DNA from: a virus
Lineage: Duplodnaviria; Caudoviricetes
DNA: 42,995 bases
Reading direction: 5' to 3' (one strand)
IMG/VR virus record: IMGVR_UViG_3300049458_000001
Coordinates: 1-42,995 of that record
Part shown: piece after piece, positions 1 to 7,015 of the stretch
Layout: every line of letters starts with the position of its first letter
Numbering within the stretch: the first letter of the stretch is position 1
The notes under the pieces: model-generated
Database searches by the model: none
Told to the model about the DNA's origin: nothing
The model's input: only the letters and a program-made list of their open reading frames with translations
Position numbers and translations under genes: made by a program

Positions 1-127
1 CTTGCGATTTAGCCGCTTCCGTCAACGCAATGACGAGAGCCTGGATTGCGTCGGGCAACTCGGAGAGCGGCAGAGCGAGACGCGCAACCACAACGCCAGT
101 GCTGTTCTGCCTGCTGAAAAGAACGAC
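1..127. repeat. Terminal direct repeat, identical to 42869-42995 (circular assembly overlap)
   Basis: The first 127 nt (cttgcgatttag...gaaaagaacgac) recur exactly at the end. ORFs on both strands read through the junction. Confidence 0.95.
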
Positions 128-211
128 GCGCACGATGCCGTCAACGATTTTCACCTCGTGAATACCATCGAAGAAAATCTCAGCGGCGTTATGCGGGTCG
201 ATCACGTCCAT
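1..211 (-). CDS. 72-aa hypothetical protein crossing the origin (211->1, then 42868->42861); probable paralogue of 42516-42764
   Basis: Manual translation MDVIDPHNAAEIFFDGIHEVKIVDGIVRVVLFSRQNSTGVVVARLALPLSELPDAIQALVIALTEAAKSQAP*. GGAGA RBS 6 nt upstream. Absent from the ORF track. Confidence 0.75.
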   Translation of the reverse strand, partial: MDVIDPHNAAEIFFDGIHEVKIVDGIVRVVLFSRQNSTGVVVARLALPLSELPDAIQALVIALTEAAKSQ

Positions 212-237
212 CGTGTTTCTCCATGGAGGATTGCAGC

Positions 238-507
238 ATGATCAGACAATTCAAAATGACGAGCCTGCGCGTCGCGGACGGGGGTCGCCAACACGCAGGC
301 TCTCGCGGCGAGGGAACGCAAACTCATCCGCACGCCGAAATCATTCGCTTACCGTCCGGTTCGATTGTTTCTGTAGGACCTTTCGAACCTATCGATCTCG
401 CGGAGGCGCGTCTCAAGGAAGCGATCGCGTTCGCGCTGCCTGTCTCCATCATCCTCTGGATTCTTATCGGGCTCGCTATCTGGGGCCTGATCTCTGTCTT
501 TCTGTAG
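238..507 (+). CDS. Small protein with a C-terminal transmembrane helix
   Basis: GGAGG RBS before ATG 238; hydrophobic C-terminus (AIAFALPVSIILWILIGLAIWGLISVFL). Confidence 0.55.
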   Translation: MIRQFKMTSLRVADGGRQHAGSRGEGTQTHPHAEIIRLPSGSIVSVGPFEPIDLAEARLKEAIAFALPVSIILWILIGLAIWGLISVFL

Positions 508-585
508 CCATCTGACGACATTCAGCGTCGCCGCGCCGAGTGTCGTGAATGTGAAAAGTTCGTTGTCATTATCGAAGTTTTTCAT
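349..585 (-). CDS. Possible 78-aa antisense protein (MKNFDNDNELFTFTTLGAATLNVVRWL...)
   Basis: ATG at 585 lies in the same context (CATCGTGT) as the start at 211. The C-terminal half is antisense to 238-507. Confidence 0.4.
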   Translation of the reverse strand: MKNFDNDNELFTFTTLGAATLNVVRWLQKDRDQAPDSEPDKNPEDDGDRQRERDRFLETRLREIDRFERSYRNNRTGR

Positions 586-618
586 CGTGTGCGTATCAAA
601 CACGATGGAGTTTTGCAG

Positions 619-972
619 ATGGGAAAAAAGGGTTTGAAGATGTCTGACACCGCGTATTTGGATCAGGCTGCGATGTGGTCGAAGGATTTGACGCGCATGA
701 AAGCGCGAGGGCCTGGAGACACAGAGAACGCAATGCGTTCTGTCTCGCGTGAGTACAATATCGATTACGGATTCCTCTGGTCGCTCCGATATCGCCGGGA
801 TCGACTGAGGATAATTAGTGTCTCGGTCTACGAGACCATCAGGGCGGCTTATCGCGCAGAATGCGACAGACAAATGCGAAAGCTGGAAAATGAAATCAAA
901 CGTACCGAGGCAATCACGGGGCCTGATAGCAACGCTGTTCGCGCGGCTAAGGCTCTTCTTAGCAAGGATTAG
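619..972 (+). CDS. Early regulatory protein in the CII position (putative DNA-binding)
   Basis: Lies between cro and the replication genes; helical HTH-like segment (AMRSVSREYNIDYGFLWSLRYR); GGAG RBS. Confidence 0.55.
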   Translation: MGKKGLKMSDTAYLDQAAMWSKDLTRMKARGPGDTENAMRSVSREYNIDYGFLWSLRYRRDRLRIISVSVYETIRAAYRAECDRQMRKLENEIKRTEAITGPDSNAVRAAKALLSKD

Positions 973-981
973 GGGGAGATA

Positions 982-1455
982 GTGACATCATTCGAAATGC
1001 GTCTGCATGCCGAGCACAAAGCTAGGCAAGCGAGATTTTCCGCGGCGGCAATGCGGCACAACACGATTCAGTATGTTGAGCCAGCGCCGCCGGAACGGAC
1101 GGCGACGTCGATCCCGCCGATCTCAGACGAGATGATCAAGGAAGCTCATTCGATGTTTGAGCGGCCGTGGGTTAACCAGGTCGAGACCATTCAGCGCGCG
1201 GTGCTTGAGAAGTTTCCAGGCATGACGTTGGCGGACATCAAGTCATCGAGCCGTGGTGCGAAGTGTGTCGCTCCCCGGCATATCGCGATGTATCTCTGCA
1301 AGGAACTGACGAACAAGTCCTTGCTCGACATCGGGCGGCGCTTCGGCGGCCGGGACCATACGACGGTGCTCAACGCGATCAACCGTATCACCGCGCGCCT
1401 GCTTGACGATGAAGAGTTTGCGCAGTTCGTCAACCGGATTCGGGAGACGATATAA
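982..1455 (+). CDS. DnaA C-terminal (domain IV) DNA-binding domain protein
   Basis: PRHIAMYLCKELTNKSLLDIGRRFGGRDHTTVLNAINRI is the Bac_DnaA_C signature; no AAA+ domain. Confidence 0.9.
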   Translation: MTSFEMRLHAEHKARQARFSAAAMRHNTIQYVEPAPPERTATSIPPISDEMIKEAHSMFERPWVNQVETIQRAVLEKFPGMTLADIKSSSRGAKCVAPRHIAMYLCKELTNKSLLDIGRRFGGRDHTTVLNAINRITARLLDDEEFAQFVNRIRETI

Positions 1456-1565
1456 TGACAGCATTTCAGCACCAGCCCGCGGTCACCTTAACCCATGACG
1501 GCATGATCGTCTTCCTCTGGAAGTCCGGTCTCGACAGGCTCAAGAAAGAGGTGCGCGCGGCATGA
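1455..1565 (+). CDS. 36-aa hypothetical peptide
   Basis: MTAFQHQPAVTLTHDGMIVFLWKSGLDRLKKEVRAA*; start/stop overlaps with both neighbours. Confidence 0.45.
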   Translation: MTAFQHQPAVTLTHDGMIVFLWKSGLDRLKKEVRAA

Positions 1566-1795
1566 TCGCGAAGCTCGCATATCTGACGACGCCCGGCCCT
1601 GACCGCTTCGTCCTCAACATCCAGCCGTTCGGCTCTGACGATCTGCTTCGTTTCGAGATCGCCAAGGCCCATCTCGTGAACATTCTTATCGACGGCGCCT
1701 CGTTGGCGTTCCGCGAACAGTATCCCCACCGCGTTCAATCCACGACCAACACGGAGAGCGCAGATGGCAGAGATCGGCGACAACAGCCAGCTTAA
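1562..1795 (+). CDS. Hypothetical protein
   Basis: ATGA coupling, GAGG RBS, operon context. Confidence 0.6.
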   Translation: MIAKLAYLTTPGPDRFVLNIQPFGSDDLLRFEIAKAHLVNILIDGASLAFREQYPHRVQSTTNTESADGRDRRQQPA

Positions 1796-2006
1796 ATCGA
1801 TTGTAGAGCGCGTAGAGCGCGAGGAGACCGCTAAGGCGGAGATCGCCGAGGGGATCAAGGAAATCTATCAGGAGGCCAAATCTAACGGCCTGGATGTCAA
1901 GACGATCCGGAAGATCGTTTCGATCCGCCGACAGGACCAGAACAAGCGCGCAGAGGCTGAGGCCATTCTTGCGACCTATATGCACGCTCTGGGGATGGCA
2001 GGTTGA
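1764..2006 (+). CDS. gapR: GapR-like nucleoid-associated protein (DUF2312/UPF0335)
   Basis: QLKSIVERVER...IKEIYQEAKSNGLDVKTIRKIVSIRRQD...ILATYMHALGM matches the GapR/DUF2312 consensus. Confidence 0.9.
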   Translation: MAEIGDNSQLKSIVERVEREETAKAEIAEGIKEIYQEAKSNGLDVKTIRKIVSIRRQDQNKRAEAEAILATYMHALGMAG

Positions 2007-2860
2007 AGACTCCTATTGCCAGCATGATCAGCGAAATGCATTCCGCCGGAATTCCGATGGAAGCAATAATTCGTTCGGTTGCAACACTCGAAGAGGCGAT
2101 GGCGGCGAGGGCCGTTTCCACCGGAAATCCGGCGGACACTTCGATGATGGAAAAGCGCCGGGCATGGGATCGAGAACGCAAGCGAAAACAAGCTGCGCTC
2201 CGAAATTCCACCGGAATTCCACCCGACGTTTCCACCGGAATTCCACCGGAAATTCCCTGTATTCTTATAAGGGAAAAGAAAGAAGAGGCTTTCGAAGTAG
2301 AAGTTAAGGAAAAGAAAGAAAGTAAGAGGGTTGCGCGCGGGACGAGAATTCCACCGGATTTCTCAATCGACAACGAAGACCGCGCGTTTGCAGCATCTCT
2401 CGGAATTCCACCGGAAACGGTTGAAGCCGAAACCCCTCAGTTCATCGATTACTGGTCAGCCGTCGCTGGAGCCAAGGGCGTCAAGCTCGATTGGAAGGCG
2501 ACTTGGCGCAATCGCATGCGCGATCTCAAGAAATACCAGCCAACCCATTCGAGGACGTTCAATGGCCAACGAACTGCAAATCCGCGAAAAACTGGACACG
2601 ATGCTATCCTTGCCGCTGCCAATCGCGCGGCTCGAGAGATCGTTGGGGACGGTGAGATGGCCGGGCCAACCGGAGAGACTGAATTTTCCTTCGGGGATGG
2701 AGCTTTCGGAAGCCGACCGACAGGAACTCAGCGTTCGGCTGATAGAGCTCAAACAGATCATCACGGGCGAGAACCTTTCGGCGGTACAGTGCTCGAAGGC
2801 GAGGTTATCGCTCCTGACGAAGCTTCTGCTGGGCTATCCGACAGCTGGCGGCGCCACTGA
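2003..2860 (+). CDS. Phage replication initiator (lambda O-like)
   Basis: Internal iterons and A-rich tract; RGTRIPPDF and FIDYW...DWKATWRNRMR motifs typical of phage initiator C-terminal domains. Confidence 0.8.
   Translation: MKTPIASMISEMHSAGIPMEAIIRSVATLEEAMAARAVSTGNPADTSMMEKRRAWDRERKRKQAALRNSTGIPPDVSTGIPPEIPCILIREKKEEAFEVEVKEKKESKRVARGTRIPPDFSIDNEDRAFAASLGIPPETVEAETPQFIDYWSAVAGAKGVKLDWKATWRNRMRDLKKYQPTHSRTFNGQRTANPRKTGHDAILAAANRAAREIVGDGEMAGPTGETEFSFGDGAFGSRPTGTQRSADRAQTDHHGREPFGGTVLEGEVIAPDEASAGLSDSWRRH
2041..2416. repeat. Replication origin: TTCCACCGGAA iterons plus an A-rich tract
   Basis: Exact copies at 2116, 2206, 2230, 2241 and 2406; variants at 2041, 2217 and 2349; A-rich stretch at about 2261-2330. 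Confidence 0.8.
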
Positions 2861-3179
2861 CGAAGCAGGGCAGGCCAGATTGGATTTCTACCGAGAGTCC
2901 GTTTCTGACATCGCCCCGTGGGCTTTGGATGCAGCAATCAAGCGCTGGGTGCGCGGCGATATCGGCAAAGGCAATATCGATTTCGCGCCGAGCCCAGGCG
3001 CTTTGCGCCGGCTGTGCGAGGAAGAGCTGGAGCCGTTCGAAGGTCAGATTTTGAAACTGACGCGACTGCTTTCTGCCGTTCCTATCGAACGCGCCATGGA
3101 CCCGGCTCCGCTCCCCCAGCCTGAAATGCAGAATGCAATAGGCAAATCTGTCGCGCCGCAGCTCAAGGTGATGAAATGA
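2562..3179 (+). CDS. Putative replication accessory / helicase-loader protein (P-position gene)
   Basis: Follows and overlaps the initiator; C-terminal Y..S..D.P.WA...A..RW...F.PSP.LR pattern typical of such genes. Start uncertain. Confidence 0.55.
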   Translation: MANELQIREKLDTMLSLPLPIARLERSLGTVRWPGQPERLNFPSGMELSEADRQELSVRLIELKQIITGENLSAVQCSKARLSLLTKLLLGYPTAGGATDEAGQARLDFYRESVSDIAPWALDAAIKRWVRGDIGKGNIDFAPSPGALRRLCEEELEPFEGQILKLTRLLSAVPIERAMDPAPLPQPEMQNAIGKSVAPQLKVMK

Positions 3180-3364
3180 CCGAGCGATTTATCAAGGAGT
3201 GGAATGTCAAAGCGCCGTCGTGGGGCCAGATCGTGGACCACTACAGGGCGCGGCCTGGGCGCGTTGAGTGGCTCGCGAAGCGATTGCCGGTCATGCGTGG
3301 CGAGGTCAACGACACACCAGAACCGGATGTGTTGATCGTGAAAGAGCAGGAAGCAGCGGAATAA
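3176..3364 (+). CDS. Hypothetical protein
   Basis: ATGA overlap with the upstream gene. Confidence 0.55.
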   Translation: MTERFIKEWNVKAPSWGQIVDHYRARPGRVEWLAKRLPVMRGEVNDTPEPDVLIVKEQEAAE

Positions 3365-3390
3365 TCCTACCACGCGAAGAAGGGAAGCAC

Positions 3391-4029
3391 ATGAACGGGG
3401 CAACGCAATTGGCTAAGAACTTTCGCCGGCAGGGGATTCGATCCAAGGTCAATGGGAAGCCAAACCCGGAGCATCCGCACACGGGCCCGACCATTGAGCG
3501 CATCGCCAAGGCGCAAAGCCACTACGTCGTCGGCGATGACCAGCGCGGCAACCGGGTCTACCATTTCCATGATTGCCCGCTCGACCGCCTGTATAGCCGT
3601 TTAACGAGGCAGGCAGACCCACTGAGCACGGAGAACGGTTTGCGGCGGGAATACACTGCCCTCGTCAAATACCGACACCATTGGTTCTCTGCGGGCCTTC
3701 AGGACGCTATCGGAAGCGCTGACCTGAATCGTATCTTCGCGTCAGATCCGGGCTCGATGTCTGGCATGGCAAAAACGGAACGTCAGGCGCATCATCGGCA
3801 GCAATATCGGTCGGCTCGCGACGCGGTAGGTCACCGGCCCGGAATTGTGCTCGACAATATCGTATGCGCAGAACTCACGCTTGAATTGGCTGGGTCGTCT
3901 GTTGGCTACGGCTCGTACTACAAAAATGGTGGGAAAACATACGCTTCTCCCTATCGGGCGCGAGAAGAAGCGACCAAATTGTTGAGGCAGGCAGCGATCA
4001 CCTTGGCTAATTATTGGGGGATTTCTTGA
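3391..4029 (+). CDS. Putative late-gene regulator (Q-position; DUF6456-like)
   Basis: Last regulator-like gene before the late promoter; C-terminal HTH-like region ending LRQAAITLANYWG. Confidence 0.55.
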   Translation: MNGATQLAKNFRRQGIRSKVNGKPNPEHPHTGPTIERIAKAQSHYVVGDDQRGNRVYHFHDCPLDRLYSRLTRQADPLSTENGLRREYTALVKYRHHWFSAGLQDAIGSADLNRIFASDPGSMSGMAKTERQAHHRQQYRSARDAVGHRPGIVLDNIVCAELTLELAGSSVGYGSYYKNGGKTYASPYRAREEATKLLRQAAITLANYWGIS

Positions 4030-4568
4030 GGCCAGACCGCATACCGACCAATTTTGAGATTATCCGGGAAATGCCGGATGGTCTTTTCCAGATCAAGGAT
4101 TGGCAGGGCCGTCAGAGGCGCGTCCGGCTTTGCAATTGCGCCGAATGTGAAGCGCGTTTGCCGGACTATTATTTTACGATGCTAATCCCCTCTGCGGAAA
4201 CGCTTCATATGTGCTCCGCGTGCACATACGAATATATGAATCGTGGGAAGGCTATAGCGAGGTCAACTTACCTTCAGGCCAGACGCGCAGCCAACGATTT
4301 GCCGTACCAGCGAAGAGCTATTGCTTTGGCTCTTGCCTCGCCTGCATGGCGGGATCGTGCGGCTATCCGCGCCATTTATGCCGAGTGTAGGCGCCTGACT
4401 GCTGAAACCGGTATCCAACATCATGTTGACCATTTTTATCCGTTGCAGGGTGATCTCTGCTGCGGACTGCACGTTCATCAGAACCTGCGCATCCTCACCG
4501 CTTCGGAGAACTGCTCGAAGCACAAGAAACACCCGATGGACGAATCCCCAGCTTTGTTGATGGCATGA
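4026..4568 (+). CDS. HNH endonuclease with N-terminal Zn finger
   Basis: CxxC...CxxC, then HHVDHFYPLQG...GLHVHQNLRILTASENCSK. Confidence 0.85.
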   Translation: MRPDRIPTNFEIIREMPDGLFQIKDWQGRQRRVRLCNCAECEARLPDYYFTMLIPSAETLHMCSACTYEYMNRGKAIARSTYLQARRAANDLPYQRRAIALALASPAWRDRAAIRAIYAECRRLTAETGIQHHVDHFYPLQGDLCCGLHVHQNLRILTASENCSKHKKHPMDESPALLMA

Positions 4569-4577
4569 GAGCAGGGA

Positions 4578-4607
4578 TTGACAAAAGGGCGCGCATCAAT
4601 GCAAATC
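4578..4607 (+). promoter_or_regulatory. Putative late promoter (pR'-like)
   Basis: TTGACA at 4578, 17-nt spacer, GCAAATC -10-like element; upstream of the packaging genes. Confidence 0.6.
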
Positions 4608-4626
4608 AGGCAGGTTCGTGAAATGC

Positions 4627-4658
4627 GCCCGGCAGGAGAAATCCTCGCCGGGCTTTTT
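4627..4658 (+). terminator. Intrinsic terminator immediately after the late promoter
   Basis: GCCCGGC/GCCGGGC stem followed by TTTTT. Confidence 0.75.
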
Positions 4659-4707
4659 CATGGATCTCTTTGCTTGGCTATACGTTCCTCTGAGCGACCC
4701 CAGACTC

Positions 4708-4752
4708 AGCCCCGGCCATGCTCCCCCAAGCTCCCAACGGCCGGGGCTTTTT
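4708..4752 (+). terminator. Second terminator-like hairpin with a C-rich 21-nt loop
   Basis: 10-bp stem AGCCCCGGCC/GGCCGGGGCT followed by a T-run. Confidence 0.65.
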
Positions 4753-4842
4753 CATTCAGTTCGGGACGGCATTCCGATCAACCCGATGCACCCCGCGGTT
4801 TGTGAGCAAACGGAACGCTGTCCCGTTCAATTCGGTGAGACC

Positions 4843-5161
4843 ATGACAAAAGCCCAACTCGAGCTGCTCGCCCGCATGATCCGCGACGGACAGGCCGTTA
4901 TCGTGGAACGCGGTGGCAAGCTCATCCCGGTGAGCAGGATCTAGTGTTCTTCCCCATCCCAGCGGCATTCGATTACATCGGACCGATATTCGAGGTCGGC
5001 GCGTTTATCTGCGCATTCTTCGCTGGCTATATCGTCGGCGGGATTGTGCAGCGATGAGCATCAGCCATTGGGGCTTCTTTCCGGTCATCCTGGTTTGCAC
5101 TCCAGGTCGCGGGTTCTGGTACCAGGCTTGCGAGCCCGATGAACTGAGACAGTGGAAGTGA
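4843..5161 (+). CDS. Three coupled micro-ORFs (4843-4944, 4944-5057 hydrophobic, 5054-5161)
   Basis: MTKAQLELLARMIRDG..., VFFPIPAAFDYIGPIFEVGAFICAFFAGYIVGG..., MSISHWGFFPVILVCTPG...; overlapping stop/start codons. Confidence 0.45.
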
Positions 5162-5200
5162 ATTCGCCCAAACCCATCAATTTGTTAAAGATTCAGAGCA

Positions 5201-5560
5201 ATGGCCTTCGAAAAGGGTAAATCTGGCAATCCTGGGGGCCGCTTGAAGGAGAAGGCATTTACCGATGCGCTTCGCCTCGCGGTCAATCGGGATGACAGCG
5301 AAGGCGTCAAGAAGCTGCACAAGATTGCCGAAAAGCTCGTTGCTTGCGCAATGGACGGTGAAAGCTGGGCGGTTCAACAGGTTGCCGATCGTCTCGATGG
5401 GAAGCCAGCGCAAGAATCGACGGTGACAATTGACGATAAACGCGATGCCACAGATTGGACCCGCGAAGAGTTGGTCGCCTTCCTCAGTGACGCCGCAGCA
5501 GATCGCAAGGGAACTTCTGCGCCGGAAGGACGCGGCAGAAAGCCTGATCGCGTTCACTGA
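5201..5560 (+). CDS. terS: Terminase small subunit
   Basis: N-terminal FEKGKSGNPGGR (DUF5681-type) and DRLDGKP motif; immediately upstream of TerL. Confidence 0.8.
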   Translation: MAFEKGKSGNPGGRLKEKAFTDALRLAVNRDDSEGVKKLHKIAEKLVACAMDGESWAVQQVADRLDGKPAQESTVTIDDKRDATDWTREELVAFLSDAAADRKGTSAPEGRGRKPDRVH

Positions 5561-6926
5561 ATATACGTTCCCGCGCTACCGAACGGCTGCACATCATAGG
5601 ATCATATCTAAGCAGCTGGAGCGAGTTGAGCGCGGGGAAATAGATCGCCTCATGCTGCTGGTGCCACCACGGCACGGCAAATCGGAACTGGCTTCAATTA
5701 GGTTGCCCGCCTGGTTTCTGGGGAGGCAACCGCATAAGCAGTTCCTATCAGTCTCGGCAACTGAAGGACTGGCGTCAGACTTTGGCCGGACTGTTAGGAA
5801 TACCATCGCTAGCCCTGAATATCGGGCGGTCTTTGATACTCGCCTTGCAGAGGACAGCCAAGCCAAAGGCAAGTGGCACACTTCTGAAGGTGGGATTTAT
5901 TACTCGCTCGGCATCGGCGGATCGGTTCTTGGCCGCGGTGGTGATTGTATCCTTATTGATGATCCTTACGCATCGATGGCTGACGCGCTATCGGAACTGA
6001 CGCGCAAGAACGTCTGGGATTGGTATACAGGAACGGCCTATAATCGGTTGATGCCTGGCGGCTCCATTGTCGTCATCAACCATCGCATGCATGAGGATGA
6101 CCTTTGCGGGCGCTTGCTGGCTCAGCAGGCTGCCGGCGGTGATAGGTGGGAGGTTGTAGAGCTCCCAGCGATTAACGAAGGTGGTGAAGCTCTCTGGCCC
6201 GATGCGTACCCATTGCCGGCTCTTGAGCGGATCAGGAAGAACAGCCAGGCCCGGTTTTGGTCGGCGCTCTACCAGCAGCGGCCCGCGCCAGACGAAGGCG
6301 ATTATTTCAAAGTTGATTGGCTCAGGCCTTATGAAAAAGCGCCAGATGCGAAGACGATGCGGGTCTATGGCGGATCTGATTACGCTGTCACCGCTGACGG
6401 CGGCGATTTCACTGTCCATGCCGTTGTTGGGATCGATCCAGAAGGACGCATGTATCTCCTCGATCTCTGGCGCAAGCAAGCCGCCTCGGACGTTTGGATT
6501 GAAGCGTTTTGCGACTTGGTTATCCAGCACAAACCGCTGGGCTGGGCTGAAGAGCAGGGCCAGATTAGATCTGGCATAGGACCTTTCCTCGATCGGAGAC
6601 AGCGGGAGCGCAGGGCTTATGTCGCAAGAGAGCAGTTTCCGACTCGGGGGGACAAGGCCGTACGGGCTCAGTCTATCAGAGGCCGCATGGCTCTTGAGGG
6701 CCTTTACGTACCAGTTTCCGCGCCATGGTATCCCGACTTTCGAGCCGAGCTACTCAGCTTCCCTGCTGGCAAGCACGACGATCAAGTTGATGCCATCGGT
6801 CTTGTCGGACAACTCCTCGACAAGATGACTTCAGGCCAGAAGCCTACCGAGCCTGAGAAGCCTAGAAACATATCCGGATACAAATCCTCGACGCCTGAGG
6901 GCGGCGACAGCTTCAAGGTATGGTAA
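5430..6926 (+). CDS. terL: Terminase large subunit
   Basis: Walker A PPRHGKS, Walker B ILIDDP, nuclease acidic motifs (GSDYA, HDDQVDA). True start may be 5445 or 5487. Confidence 0.95.
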   Translation: MTINAMPQIGPAKSWSPSSVTPQQIARELLRRKDAAESLIAFTEYTFPRYRTAAHHRIISKQLERVERGEIDRLMLLVPPRHGKSELASIRLPAWFLGRQPHKQFLSVSATEGLASDFGRTVRNTIASPEYRAVFDTRLAEDSQAKGKWHTSEGGIYYSLGIGGSVLGRGGDCILIDDPYASMADALSELTRKNVWDWYTGTAYNRLMPGGSIVVINHRMHEDDLCGRLLAQQAAGGDRWEVVELPAINEGGEALWPDAYPLPALERIRKNSQARFWSALYQQRPAPDEGDYFKVDWLRPYEKAPDAKTMRVYGGSDYAVTADGGDFTVHAVVGIDPEGRMYLLDLWRKQAASDVWIEAFCDLVIQHKPLGWAEEQGQIRSGIGPFLDRRQRERRAYVAREQFPTRGDKAVRAQSIRGRMALEGLYVPVSAPWYPDFRAELLSFPAGKHDDQVDAIGLVGQLLDKMTSGQKPTEPEKPRNISGYKSSTPEGGDSFKVW

Positions 6927-7015
6927 AATGGCAGTTCCAGCGAACAACCCGCAATGCCCGTGTAATCGCGACTACGGTTGGGTGAACGGCAAGCCTAGCG
7001 GGAAACGCTGATCTA

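Noticed and set aside
1-127. Terminal repeat as a biological DTR
   Set aside because: 127 nt equals a common assembler k-mer, and the junction lies inside genes far from the terminase region, so it is most likely an assembly overlap.
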